Source of the DNA: Eledone cirrhosa
Lineage: Eukaryota
Direction of reading: 5' to 3'
NCBI GenBank assembly: GCA_964016885.1
Contig: OZ024741.1
Coordinates: 225,184,001 to 225,248,000, forward strand
Length of the DNA: 64,000 bases
Shown here piece after piece: positions 1 through 14,059 of the stretch. The notes beneath the pieces are model-generated. The model was not told the DNA's origin. It was given only the letters and a program-made list of their open reading frames with translations, and made no database searches. The translations under genes were made by a program, and so were the position numbers. The first letter of the stretch is position 1. The number at the start of each line of letters is the position of its first letter.

Positions 1-1496
1 TGGAAGGCTTTTCAGGAATATAGGATCGATGTAGCGCTTCTTGTCCTGAAGTCTCTATACGAATGCCTTAGTATTTGTGTTCGGATAAATAGTGTTGATA
101 CGAAACCATTCAATGTGGGTGTCGGGCTCCGCCATGGGTGTATACCATCACCTTTCCTGTTTATAATCTTCATAGATAAGATTGACATGTGCAGCCGGGC
201 TAGCGGTGGGATTAGGATTGGCAGGTGTAGGATCATTCGTCTGGAATGTACAGATGACATGATATTACTTAATTCGTTAGAAAGAGATCTCCGACAAGTA
301 TTCGATACGCGAATTCCTGTTTGCTGACGACTGTGATCTTGTCGCTAATACAGAGAGTGGCATGCAAAATCTCATGGATTTCTTTTCGAAAGCATGCAGT
401 GCATTGAGCCTACCATTCAGTCTGAAAAAGACTATGGAGTTGTACTAACCTACACCAGGCAAAGCTTACTCTCTGCCAAACATATATGTCTATGGCCAGA
501 GATTGAAAGGCAGGGATAAATGTGTATATCTAGGCAGCACTGTGAATATGACCAATACTCTGGATGAAGAAATCTCCCTCCTAATCAAGAAGGCAAGTGA
601 TGCATTTGGAAAACTGGATGGGCATCTATGACCTCAGCATGGTATTTCCATTGAGACAAAGTTAAAAGTGTATAATGTTTATGTTTTGCCCTCTTTATTG
701 TATGCATCTGAGACTTGGGTCACTTACCGAAGTCATCTCAAAAGGCTGGAGCACTTTCATCAACAGTGTCTTTGACCTATCCAGGGCATAGACTGGAAAA
801 TGTTCGTGAGTTACACTGAAGTCCTCGAACAGAGTCTCTCATATTTCAACATCGCTTAAAATGGAGTGGTCTTGTAGTGAGAATGATTGATAATCGCATC
901 ATTAGGTAGTTCTGTATAGTGGGCTGGTCGATGGTAAACAAATCTAAATTGAGGTACAGGGATTGCATTAAAAACACACCGAGGAAGATGAAAATATCGC
1001 AGAATGACTGGGAAAAACTCGCTCTAGATTTTCTTTCCTGGAGTAAGGCAGTGCATGATTGGAGGGGGAAATGTGGACCGTGTTGAGCATGAAAGCTCAA
1101 GCGAGGTGCTCGTAAGTGCCTTGAGTTTGGTTTATCTATATACTTTGGCATGCAGGTTGGTTTAACATGTAAAGAATGTGGCCGATTATGTCTAAGTAGG
1201 GCGGCCCTTGGAAGTCATCGGAGAAGCCACGCACACGGGGAGACTGTCAACTGTACATTGTATAGCATTTCTGTTTGTGGGGAGTGCAGAAAAGAGTGTG
1301 CCTCAGTTGGTGGACTGAAACGTCATTTGAAACTGCATCAAAATAGGACCATAACACCTACTGTGAGAGGCCCTCATTATTGCAACGTTTGTGCTAAAGT
1401 GTGCAGGTCCCTACTAGGAATAAAAAGCCACGTTCGTGCTGCTCATGCTTAAGTGTCAAGTGATAACGTTACTCGAAATTGAGTTGCAGTCGTCAT
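1..1496 (+). mobile_element. Decayed RTE-clade non-LTR retrotransposon: RT fragments, C-terminal region and short 3' end
   Basis: RT motifs GLRHGCIPSPFLF (121-165) and LFADDCDLVA (~316-348), and an RTE-like C-terminal segment (ETKLKVYNVYVLPSLLYASETW). Several stops and frameshifts. Ends at (TA)n. Probably two RT pieces joined near 300-315. Confidence 0.8.
1150..1452 (+). CDS. Three tandem C2H2 zinc fingers forming the C-terminus of the RTE ORF
   Basis: CKEC..HRRSH, CGEC..HLKLH and CNVC..HVRAAH. Collinear with the upstream RT and followed by a short 3' UTR. Confidence 0.75.
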   Translation: MQVGLTCKECGRLCLSRAALGSHRRSHAHGETVNCTLYSISVCGECRKECASVGGLKRHLKLHQNRTITPTVRGPHYCNVCAKVCRSLLGIKSHVRAAHA

Positions 1497-1501
1497 GTAT
1501 A

Positions 1502-1552
<51 letters not shown>

Positions 1553-1628
1553 CGAAGGAAATGTGGTAAGGAACCAGGTGGACCATAACGCACCAAAGTA
1601 CTCAATACTTAGGGTAGTAGAGTGGGTA

Positions 1629-1750
1629 ATAGGAACAAGTAAGACCCCGACGGCTGAGCTCAAGCCGTTTCGACGGCTAATTCTGTACTAATTCAGTACA
1701 GAATTAGCCGTCGAAACGGCTTGAGCTCAGCCGTCGGGGTCTTACTTGTT

Positions 1751-1755
<5 letters not shown>
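1629..1755. repeat. Perfect fold-back (61-bp arms, 5-nt loop) between (TA)n tracts, carrying the 3' half of a hammerhead
   Basis: Arms 1629-1689 and 1695-1755 are reverse complements and contain GAAACGGCT-TGAGCTC-AGCCGTC (GAAA, stem III, GUC). Confidence 0.9.
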
Positions 1756-1796
<41 letters not shown>

Positions 1797-1799
<3 letters not shown>

Positions 1800-2900
1800 T
1801 TTTCCGTAGTGTTGTAATATGAAAATTACACACAGTAGATGGACAGCTGACGTAGAGTTTGCTCGACGGTTCCAGTTGTAGTTTCAAAAGTAATCCGGAG
1901 AAAATAGAAGGATTTAAATGTATACAGTTCAGTTAAAAGGAATTTATTGACAAGCGATGCAAAGAGTACTTATGGTATAACCCTGAATACAATAGTTCCA
2001 TTAGTACAAATTTACCAGTACTCTTCTTTAAAATAGTTAAGAAACATTTTCCTACATCACAGAAATACCACAAAATCCTAAACCCTACCACTATAAAACT
2101 GTCATACTCTACAGCGTTAAACCTCGAACAACACATAAAAAAGATCAATACTAGAAGGTTAAACGAAAACACTAAAAACTTAAGTACAAAGAACACAAAA
2201 AAAACAGTAGACAATACACTACAGAACATAAATAAACCACACCTAAGTTCGTCCGCAATACTACACCAGAGTAAACCTAACTACAAAACCAACATACACA
2301 ACTGTAACTGTACCTATCCTGACAATTGCCCCTCGGCAATAACTGCCTGGAAAAAAATATCATCTATAAGTGTACCATTGAATCCGGAGGCAACGAATGG
2401 TATTACGTGGGATCAACGGCAACATCGTTTAAATCTCGATTATATAGGCATTCTTACTCAATAAAACACCAGAGCCAAAGAAATGTAACAACTTTAGCAG
2501 AAAAAGCTTGGACGCTCAGGGATAGCGATAAAAAGTTTACCCTAAAATGGGAGAAATTAGCTAAAACCCAAAGCTTTTCCAGGAGCCAAAATTTCTGCAA
2601 ATTGTGTAATCTTGAGATTTATTACATAATCACACACAAGAAGAAATTGCTTAATAACAGAATTGAACGAACATTATTCTGCCGTCACCGAACTAAAACC
2701 CTTTTTTCCCACTACAAGCTGAATATTACATAAAAGAGGGACATCCATCCAACTATATAAACCTCAATCTAGTTAGAAAAATATAAAAACAATCTCTTCT
2801 CAACATATATATGTATATTAATAACCTTAAATTACCACACTAATAATGGAAAGATATGCTGATGAGAATAGGTGCGAATATGCTATAATGAATGTGTCTA
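1797..2900 (+). mobile_element. 5'-truncated Penelope-like element, lineage A (possibly Hydra clade): thumb/linker and GIY-YIG endonuclease
   Basis: WYNPEY...IKLSYS, a CNC-x5-CPL-x3-C linker, IIYKC...YYVGST...R, and C-terminal CKLCNLE and CRHR. An isolated CTGATGA lies at ~2859. Flanked by (TA)n. Confidence 0.85.
2326..2733 (+). CDS. GIY-YIG endonuclease domain of the PLE (end of a longer frame)
   Basis: IIYKCTIESGGNEWYYVGSTATSFKSRLYRH motif, homologous to 11325-11711. Confidence 0.8.
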   Translation: MPLGNNCLEKNIIYKCTIESGGNEWYYVGSTATSFKSRLYRHSYSIKHQSQRNVTTLAEKAWTLRDSDKKFTLKWEKLAKTQSFSRSQNFCKLCNLEIYYIITHKKKLLNNRIERTLFCRHRTKTLFSHYKLNIT

Positions 2901-3094
2901 AAAGCGACCATATTTCATTTCATTTCATTTGAGTTTGAGTCCATGCTCAGGCCAAGTCGAAGACTCCACCCTCAGTCGAAGACTCCACCCTCATATGTAT
3001 GTATATATATGTGAAAATGTATATAAATAAGTAAATATATATATATGTTTGATGTGTATAGTTAGATGTATGTGTATTCATGTATTAAAGTGTT

Positions 3095-3126
<32 letters not shown>

Positions 3127-3666
3127 GACAGGAGTATGTATGTATATATGTGTGTGCCTATACGTGTGTATATGAAGATAAGTTGAGTATGAAAATGTAT
3201 ATACATGAATGCGTATGCATGTACATATATATATATGTATATATATGTATATATATATATGTGCAGGTATATATGTATGTAAGTATGAGCATGTAAGTAT
3301 GTGTATGTGAGTGTATGTATTTTGTAGAGGTGTGCATATATGTTTGTGTGTGAATGTGTGGGAGAACGGATACGTACACTTGAAAGAAAAATTTAAGTCT
3401 GTATGTTAATTAAGTGCAAACACAAAACCAACCATGCATATCTTTACTATCTCTAATCCTTCTATAGATTTAGAAAAATAACCAACGCCAAATAATGTAT
3501 TCTATAAAAATGTCAAAACAACAGATAGGAATATAATTACTCACTGCTACCAAAAATTCTCACTGCTATCAAAGAAAACTCTATCCACTCCCTTAACTAT
3601 TCTTCTAACAACTTCACCCCTCCCTCTTAATATTCTCTATAAAAACCAAACAGGTTCTCAATAAAA

Positions 3667-3787
3667 TTATTCTGATGAAATGATGGTTGATAATAACATT
3701 GAAATATTGAGTGTCTGCATAATTAATACTTTGTAGATAGCAGCTGTTTTCAGGTTATGTAACTGTTATTGAAACACGTGTCAGTAA
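3667..3787 (+). ncRNA. Type I hammerhead ribozyme with a long stem II, in a pLTR-like remnant
   Basis: TTATT-CTGATGA-AATGATGGTT...AACTGTTATT-GAAAC-ACGT-GTC-AGTAA. Stems I and II pair with G-U wobbles, and stem III is palindromic. TATAAAAACC lies ~30 nt upstream. Confidence 0.75.
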
Positions 3788-3839
3788 ATTCCTTTTAACT
3801 GAACTGTATCCATTTAAATCCCTCTCTCTCTCTCTCTCG

Positions 3840-3920
<81 letters not shown>

Positions 3921-4451
3921 CTGTAAAACTAGAAACATAATATATAGCATAAGATGTACTGAGGGACAATATAAAGATAAGAATATAGTGTATATAGGTG
4001 AAACAGCTCGTAGTATAGGAGAACGATTAAATGAACACTGGCGAGAACTCCAAGATAGAAAAGACTCATCAATACTCAACCAACATGCTAAAATAGAACA
4101 TAAGGGCAAATTAGAGAACATAGAAATAAAAATAGAATCTACACACAGAAAAGACGCAATGTTTAGACAAATCACAAAGGCAATAAACATAAATGAACTC
4201 CAACCAAAATTAAATAGAAAACATGAATGGAATAGCAACATCACAACTTACAATTAAGGACAAAATGAAAACGCACACACATAGAACAAGCAACTAACTA
4301 GTAACATAAATAAACAAATAAATAAACAAATAAAAACACACACAGACACCCGGATGTAACACATGCGCAAACATAGCACACAACACACACAAAAACAAGA
4401 TGGCGTAGGACAGAACAAAGGAGAGGCACAAAACAAAGAAAAGAATCCCCA

Positions 4452-4494
4452 GTCACTGAAGAGGTCACAGAATGTGTGACGAAAGAAGTTTGAC
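4452..4494 (+). ncRNA. Minimal type I hammerhead in the 5' pLTR
   Basis: GTCA-CTGAAGA-G-GTCACA-gaatg-TGTGAC-GAAAG-AA-GTT-TGAC. Stem III has a G.G mismatch in this copy. Confidence 0.7.
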
Positions 4495-6604
4495 AATATA
4501 TGAACAACCGTCCGGTTGTGGAACCAACCAACCAACAGGAAATTTATAAATTTTTTAATTTATAATTTAATTTATAATAAATTGAAGTGAAAGCAACTGG
4601 TGCGTGTGTTTCTTATTGGCAACATGACCCTCCCAAAGTATAACAATATCGGTTTCAACACACATTTTCAGATAAAGAATCTTGCTAAACAAATTCAGAA
4701 ACGAAATATCGTAAGCCTTAGCCAGATACTGAAAACCACCATGTTCTGTTCTCTTAGGAAAACAATAACATCTCGACAACTACAGTTCATAAAAGAATGT
4801 GCCTCATCCCGAGTTTACACCAACACCATCAACACCGATGTAAGAAGATTACAACTTACCAAAAATCAAGCAGATAGGCTAAAACGAACACTAATTATAA
4901 ACATAAAAAAGAAAATTTACAGATAATTAAGTCATCAAGAAAAACATAAGCGTAACCTAATACAAGAAATAACTAAGATCACCACACCAAAAGAAAAATT
5001 AGAATACATAAACATTATACACGAAGAAGAAAAATACATCATTCAAGAATGCAACAAACACTTTAACAAGAAATTAACGTGGCTCAAACAGATAAAACTA
5101 AACCAAGAAACTTCAGAGAATAGAGATAAATATCGAGATAGGATTGATGGTATAAACATGGCCGACGTCTCATTAACGGACGAATCCAACAACAACAACA
5201 ACACAAATATATATAGCAACACTACAGTGGACTCTGATGAATTATCCATCCTACAGCTACCACATATAATAAGGTAAATATGATAAGATGCTTGTCAGAA
5301 ATAGAAAATTCCTTTACAAAATTACGTTGGAGCCTCAAAAACAACAACAAAAACACAAACAAAAATAACAACACGAACAACACACGCACACACACACACA
5401 CACAACACACATACCAACAACAATAGACACACAGACACAAACAACGATAACAACAACAACACACACAACAATAATAACAACATACACAGAGACAACAACA
5501 ATAAAAACAACAACAACAGACATACAGATACAAACAACGATAACAACAACAACACACACAACAATAATAACAACATACACATCAACAACAAAAATAACAA
5601 CAACAACAACACACATCAACCACAGCAACAACAAGAACAGCACACACTAACAACAACAACAACACACACACATCCTATATCCCCCCCACCCCACACGACA
5701 ATCTTAACAGACACACTGACCCAGAAAACAGATAATGACAGTAACACAGAAGTGAGGGACCGTAATAACAATGAGAGAAGTAGAAAGACTAATGACAATG
5801 ACAGGGGAAATAACCAGGACGAATACACAGACACACAAAATAGATTAGATAATAACAAGGAGTCAGAAGGAAGGGACAGGAGTAACAATGAGAGACATAG
5901 AAACAACCGTGAGGCTGCTGGTAGAAATAGAAATAGAAACAACAACACAACTAACACACAATAGAACACACAACGCAACCTGGAATTCCACTTTTTATAA
6001 CCCTTCTGATATGTCCTTCGACTTTCGACGAGTCCACGCCACGACTTTAGCTTTTAACAAACGCACGCAATTGCCGTCGCAGGTCGATGAACAAACAGAA
6101 GCACAATTTAATATAGCTAGATCTAAACTTAGAAATGTTATAGAACGGTATAGCAAGAAACAAAATAGAATGGAGGCCCAGCAACTGGGAGAAAAATCCG
6201 CAATTGGCTTGCGTAAGCTCATGCAGCGCTCACGTAATGGAGAGATTGCATGCTTTCCAACAGACAAGTCTGGCAGAATGTCGGTTGGCAGTCTGTAAAA
6301 CTACATCCAGGCAATGCAACTCCACACAAGAGAAGTAACACCACAAGAGCATGAGGATAGGGAGGAAACCCTCAACGCTCATATGATGATGTGGACAAAC
6401 ATAATGCATCCCAATAAACGGACTGCCAACAACTTCCAGGCCTGGAACAATGACGTGGCAGCGTTGTATGGGATTTGAAAAGACCATAAGACGAACAGTG
6501 ACCCAGTCACAGGACCACCAACACGGCGAGTCTGTGGAGCTAACATTGCTAGCAACTACAGACTGTCTTACTTCCTCTCCCTGATCGTACGCCCCACCAT
6601 TGAA

Positions 6605-7219
6605 ATGTCCCCGGATATATGTGACAGCACGGAGGACCTCCTCAGCAGAATCAGCGAAAATAACCTGTCTAGGGACCTAACAGACTGTATAGTAGGTAGT
6701 ATGGATGTAGTGTCCCTATACCCATCCATTGACGTGGATTTTGCTGTGGAGAAATGCGTGGAAATGGCCAAGAAAACCCACACAGAAAGATGGAACGGGT
6801 GGACCAGAGTCATACAGACCCCCGAAAACCATGATGAACTAAAGAAAATGATTGCACATGCGGTGGAGGCCAGTATAAAACTAACCCTTAAGGAACATAT
6901 GTTAAAATTCAATGGAAAAACATATGCTCAAGTGGAGGGAGCAGCCATTGGCGTTAGCATTGCAGGTGACATAGCTAACCTATTTATGGTATGGTGGGAC
7001 ATTAAACTTAAAGAACTATTAGAAGACAACAATCTCTTAACCCTGATTATGTACTCCCGCTACGTTGATGATATAAACATCGTAGTAAAAACACCCCCAC
7101 TAGAGAACAGTCAGGAATTAGAGAAAAACACCATAGAAAGCATCCAGCAATTAGCTAACTCCATCCACCAGAGTATCAAAGTTACTATAGACTACCCAAG
7201 CATCAATTACCTGTACTAG
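6605..7219 (+). pseudogene. PLE reverse transcriptase core fragment
   Basis: DVVSLYPSI, GAAIG and YVDD motifs; flanking frames are broken by stops. Confidence 0.88.
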
Positions 7220-7734
7220 ACACAGAGTTTTGGTTAGAAACCATTAAAAATAAAAAAAACAAATCCTCCATTCCCATTATGCCAAACCCATGACTTCCAA
7301 ATATCTGATCAACCGAAACTCAGCTGTTTCGGAACACACCAAAATCAACATACTGATTGCGGATTTAGTAAGGGTGATGAGGAAAGTGTCCCGCATGTGC
7401 AACCCCAAAGAACTAGAGAGACACATACAACACTTCATCCACCGTATGCAATTCTCTGGTTACAGTCAGAGAGATAAAATCAGAGTATATAGAGGAGCCA
7501 GAACCAAATGAGAGAAAATGGTAAATAATGATACAAATGGGACCTGCCCCTTGTATAGGAGCAAATTTTGGAATAGAATAGAAAGAACTAGAAATGAGAT
7601 TGATAAAATAAACTCAGGGTATGATAGCAATAAATACCAGAGTGTAATCTTCATCAATACAACCTCTAGAGGTGAACTAACTTACAAATTTAGAAGGACT
7701 CTAGCTAGATAAACTTAAACTAAACATTAAGATA

Positions 7735-8184
7735 GTGGAAAGACCAGGTACCTCCATAAAAACACTTATTAGTAATACATACCCTTTTCAAAGACCTCCC
7801 TGTATAGATAGGAAATGCATAATCTGTAAACTAAGTCCCCATATTAACTGTAAAACTAGAAACATAGTATATAGCATAAGATGTACTGAGGGACAATGTA
7901 AAGATAAGAATATAATGTACATAGGTGAGACAGCTCGTAGCATAGGACAAGGATTTAATGAACACTGGCGAGAACTCCAAGATAGAAAAGAATCATCAGT
8001 TCTCCACCAACATGATAAAATAGAACATAAGGGCAAATTAGAGAACATAGAAATAAAAATAGAATCTACACACAGAGAAGACGCAATGTTTAGACAAATC
8101 ACAGAGGCAATAAACATAAATGAACTCCAACCAAAATTAAATAGAAAACATGAATGGAATAGCAGCATCACAACTCACAATTAA
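7735..8184 (+). pseudogene. PLE linker and GIY-YIG endonuclease fragment
   Basis: CIDRKCIIC...C, then IVYSIRC...YIGETAR, and terminal ITEAINI..LQPKLN. Confidence 0.88.
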
Positions 8185-8368
8185 GGACAAAATGAAAACA
8201 CATACACATAGCACAAACAACTAACTGGTAGCATATAAATAAACAACTAAAAACACACACAGACACCCGGATGTAACACATGCGCAAACTAAGCACACAA
8301 CACACACAAAAACAAGATGGCGTAGGACAGAACAAAGGAGAGGCACGAAACAAAGAAAAGAATCCCCA

Positions 8369-8411
8369 GTCACTGAAGAGGTCACAGAATGTGTGACGAA
8401 AGAAGTTTGAC
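8369..8411 (+). ncRNA. Minimal type I hammerhead in the 3' pLTR
   Basis: Same motif as 4452-4494. Confidence 0.7.
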
Positions 8412-8559
8412 AATATATGAACTACCTTCCGGTTGTGGAACCAACCAACCAACCTGAAATTTATAATTTTTTTAAATTTATAATTTAATTTATAATAAAT
8501 TGAAGTGAAAGCAACTGGTGCGTGTGTTTCTTATTGGCAACATGACTCTCTCAAAGTAT

Positions 8560-8592
<33 letters not shown>

Positions 8593-8601
8593 ATATGTAT
8601 A

Positions 8602-8723
<122 letters not shown>

Positions 8724-8725
8724 TA

Positions 8726-8764
<39 letters not shown>

Positions 8765-8767
8765 ATA

Positions 8768-10188
<1,421 letters not shown>

Positions 10189-10289
10189 TATATATATATA
10201 TATATACAGTTATATATAACTGTTACAAAATAAAATGCAATTAGTTCTTGAAAAAAACATTTATTTCAAGATCTGACTTCAACAAATAT

Positions 10290-12400
10290 AGATAGACCAT
10301 CTTTCTTTGATATCACGATGGGCTCAAACGATTCTGCCGAAGTTACAGACGTAGTGGGCATCTTCATCGCTCAATCACTAGAGAAAAAATTCCGCAATCT
10401 ACAAGGGGGTATCTACCGCGACGATGCGCTCCTTTTAGCTAAACACCTAAGCAGCCAGAAAATAGAAAGATTACGTAAGCAAATTAGCGAATTTTTAAAC
10501 AGTCTAGGTTTTAGCATTACTTTTGAGTACAACCTGACTGAAACGAATTTCTTGGATGTAACATTTAATTTACAGACGGGGGAAATCCGCCCATTCCATA
10601 AATCTAATGAAAATATTATGTATGTTGACCATAAATCTAATCATCCACCCTCGGTTATACGGTCTATCTCTTAGGCCATCTCCCTTAGAATATCACGCCT
10701 TTCATCTACCCCCCCCAGGTCTTTAGTGAGCACGCTTACTACTATAACAACGCACTTAAGGCGGCTGGGTACCAAGACAAAATAGAGTACATAGATCCGG
10801 CACACCAATATAGAAATAAGGGCTCACAACGTACTAGCATAAATAATAATATAGGTACGATACACAACATACACTTTCCGCATAGGCATAGTCGAATTAG
10901 AAGCACACAACCCAACCAAGCTAGAAAGCGGAATCGTAACTACCTTTGGTACAACCCAATATACAATGCCTCAACATCTCCTAAAATTTCCTCACTTTTC
11001 TTCAATTTAATCAAAACACATTTTCCTCCTACACATCGATACGCTAAGATACTAAATCTAAGGTCTATTAAGCTTTCATATTCTACAGCACCCAATCTCG
11101 ATCTAATTATTAAAAAACTTAACTCCAAACGATTAGTCAGCACATCCACACGAAGCACCCCAAACTACATTAACACTTCCTCAAACTCTCAACCACTGAA
11201 TGTAAACCCTCCTGCAGCAGACACACATATAAACCTAACGCAATCTGTACAAGATAATAATACTACAGGAACTGATAAGTGCAACTGCAACCTACCTGAT
11301 CGTTGCCCTCTGAATAACAAATGCATGGAATCCAATTTGGTTTATCAATGCACCGTTGAATCGGATAACCGAAGATGGCACTATATCGGCTGTACCTCTA
11401 CCACTTTTAAATCTCGTTGGTACCAACACCGTAGTTCGATAAAGAACATCAAATACCGATCCGTAACTACCTTAGCCAATACTATTTGGGAGTTGCGCGA
11501 AAGTAACCTGCAATACACTTTGAAATGGACACAACTTTCTAGTGCTTCCGCATATCGTGCAGGCCAGCCTTACTGCCGATTATGTAATATGGAGCTATTT
11601 TACATACTAAAATCCAAATATACACTTCTCAACAACAGAACGGAAAGGACTCTATACTGCAATCACAGACTCAAGGCTACCTTCTCTAAATACAAACCTG
11701 GCTTGATTTGATCCTGCGACTTCTGCCTTCCTCAATCTTCCTTCTACCTCCTCTATCTATCCCCATGGATTATTGCTATGCCTTCTATTAACCACATCTC
11801 CCCTATTCAACATCTCCTCCTACATACTTTACAAGTCACTCGACATAATCTCCCTTGCCTCCATCTATCATAGATCGTAAACCTATCAACGTCTACCATC
11901 TCTAGCACACACACATAGTTGGACTAGTCCATATCAAGACTTCATTATCATATTTTATCCTCCCCTCTGTTTTACCTCAACAACTATGAAAAACCCCCCT
12001 ATCTCTCTCGTCTTTGTCACATCCTCCTTCTTCTCTACTTCAACTTCACATGAATTTCTATAAAAACCTGAACATTCTGGTGCGGTAAACATAATATCTG
12101 ATGATATGGGATCGATTGTGCATTGGATATCGAATGCTCTACTAAATATATAATATTATAGATGTAGCGAGATCTAGGCAAATTGATGTCTATTGAAACG
12201 TACGTAAGAACCGAATAAATCTCTTTTACTGCATCCTTCTGTTCTTTTTAATTATTTATACACGCCCCGGAATATAGCTAAACTGGAATATACACCTATT
12301 TTCTGCATTTCGTTGAGCACCACTCTGTTGTAAGCTGACATTCCACTACACGGTACATAACACTGTGTCCTGGAAAACATTAATGCACTCGTACATAACC
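10290..12400 (+). mobile_element. 5'-truncated Penelope-like element, lineage A: RT C-terminal half, GIY-YIG and pLTR
   Basis: MGSNDSAEV, GIYRDDAL, NFLDVT, SNHPP, WYNPIY, CNC-x5-CPL, LVYQC...HYIGCT and CRLCNME motifs, followed downstream by a TATA box and an HHR. Confidence 0.9.
12095..12210 (+). ncRNA. Type I hammerhead with a long stem II (stem I weak)
   Basis: CTGATGA at 12098; ATCGATT/AATTGAT pairing in stem II; GAAAC-GTAC-GTA palindromic stem III. TATAAAAACC at ~12059. Confidence 0.6.
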
Positions 12401-12455
<55 letters not shown>

Positions 12456-12473
12456 TACTTTTGGAGACTATAC

Positions 12474-12745
12474 ATTTCTGGTTGGTTAGTTGTTTATATA
12501 ACCGGATAGTTGTTCATATATTGTCACATCTCTTTCGTCACACATTCTGTGACCTCCTCAGTGACTAGGTTTTTATTTTGTGTCCCTCCTTTGTTCTGTC
12601 ATCTTGTTATATTATAATAAATTGAAGTGAAAACCAACAGGTACGTGTGTTTTTATTGGCAACATGACCCTCCGAAAGTATAACAATATCTGTTTCAACA
12701 CACGTTTTCAGATAAGAAATCTTTTAAACAAATTCAGAAACGAAG
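12474..12745. mobile_element. Solo lineage-B pLTR remnant: an inverted piece with a degenerate HHR joined to a direct piece
   Basis: 12474-12606 is the reverse complement of the pLTR at ~4400-4545, and 12612-12745 matches 4572-4704. Flanked by TA-rich repeats. Confidence 0.85.
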
Positions 12746-13426
12746 TATATACATGCATACACACACAAACACACACATATATATATATATGTATATATAT
12801 TATGCATGTGTAGATAGATAGGCATATACAACAACACGAGGTAAGCGAATAGACAGATTAAAAATACATAATCGAGAAAAAGTATGTGTGTATGTGTGCG
12901 TTCGTGCGTGTTTGTGCACGTACGTGTTTAACCTTCGACGAAGCACCGTTACTAAAATCCTGCAAAGAACAAACAGCATTGAGGTGAAAAATAATTTGAA
13001 CTAGCCGCCATATTTGAAAGCTGTTATTCAGACAGCATTGTAAAATGTCGTGATATTGTGGAAAACTGGAAACTACTGGAAACTTCAAATATATTCTATT
13101 GTTAGTTTGTTAGTTCTGGCTAAACCATGACGACGACGGCAACGATAACGACGACGATGACGACGACAATAGTAAGGATAACGACATCAACATCAGCAAC
13201 AAAAATGTTGCAGCAGCATCAATACCACATATCATTCCATACAACAACAATACCAACAGCAATAATAACGACATTAATAATTGTTTTTAACATAGACACG
13301 ACATCAGAAATTTTGGAGGGGACGGGAGTTAATTCAATGAAACTTTATATAGTTAATATTTTTTTAGTTTATCGAACCCGGAGCAATGAAAAGCAGCTGT
13401 AGCAATAACAACAACAATGATAATAA

Positions 13427-13640
13427 TTGTTTCTGATTTAGGCCCACGGCCAACAATTTTGGGGGAGGGGAAAGTCGATTAAATCGACCCCAGTGCGTTA
13501 CTGGTACTTTATTTTATCGACCCGTAAGGATGACAGGCAAAGTTAACCTCAGCGGGATTTGAACTCAGTTCATAAAGGGCCGTAACTCTTTGCTGAAAAG
13601 CATGGCGTCCGACCCTCTACCGATACTGTCAATCCTTCCC
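13427..13640 (-). mobile_element. tRNA-derived SINE family A
   Basis: Minus strand has A-box-like GGCAGTATCGGTAGAG and B-box GAGTTCAAATCC, the core GCC(T)TTCATCCTTACGGGTCGATAAAATAAAGTACC and an AT-rich tail. More than 10 copies occur in the window. Confidence 0.85.
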
Positions 13641-13699
13641 TATAATAATACAAATAATATAATAATGACTTCTGACTCAGACATTTTTATTGGTGGTTG

Positions 13700-14030
13700 A
13701 TCCCCTCTCAGAACGGGTTTGAATTGAAATTGAGAAAATGTGGTATCGTACAGCTTGTATAACACCAGTGATAGTTGGTGTACTTGGCATGATAAAAAAG
13801 GTAACTGAAAAATATTTGGACCAGATAATCGGAAAGCCATCTCTGAAAGAGATACAGAAAATAGAGCTGACTGGCACTGTCCATGTCCTGAGAAGAGCAT
13901 TATCAATTTAAATATCTTGCAAAGATATTTACTGTTGTTTATTCCCTTATGGCATCATTTGTATTATTTTAGAAATTTATCCGTGAGCCCTAAACTAAAA
14001 GTCCCCAGAAAAAGAGTGACTAGTTGGTTT
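13700..14030 (+). mobile_element. 3' tip of an R4/Dong-like RLE LINE
   Basis: Frame reads IEKMW...ITPVIVGVLGMIKK...LKEIQKIELTGTVHVLRRALSI*, similar to the PVIIGALG motif at ~58470. Confidence 0.7.
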
Positions 14031-14059
14031 TCCTCGACGCCCAGAATATCCTTAAGAAT

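Larger units (their letters stand above)
3917..8556 (+). mobile_element. Near full-length Penelope-like element, lineage B (Neptune/Nematis-like), in partial-tandem arrangement with two pseudo-LTRs; ORF disrupted
   Basis: 3917-4640 is a direct repeat of 7846-8556 (EN tail plus pLTR). RT motifs CFPTDKSG, SMDVVSLYPSID, GAAIG and YSRYVDD; Cys-rich linker; VYSIRC...YIGETAR...EH...H..EH. Confidence 0.92.

Noticed and set aside
2955-2992. 19-bp direct repeat AGTCGAAGACTCCACCCTC x2
   Set aside because: A simple local tandem duplication with no element between the copies.
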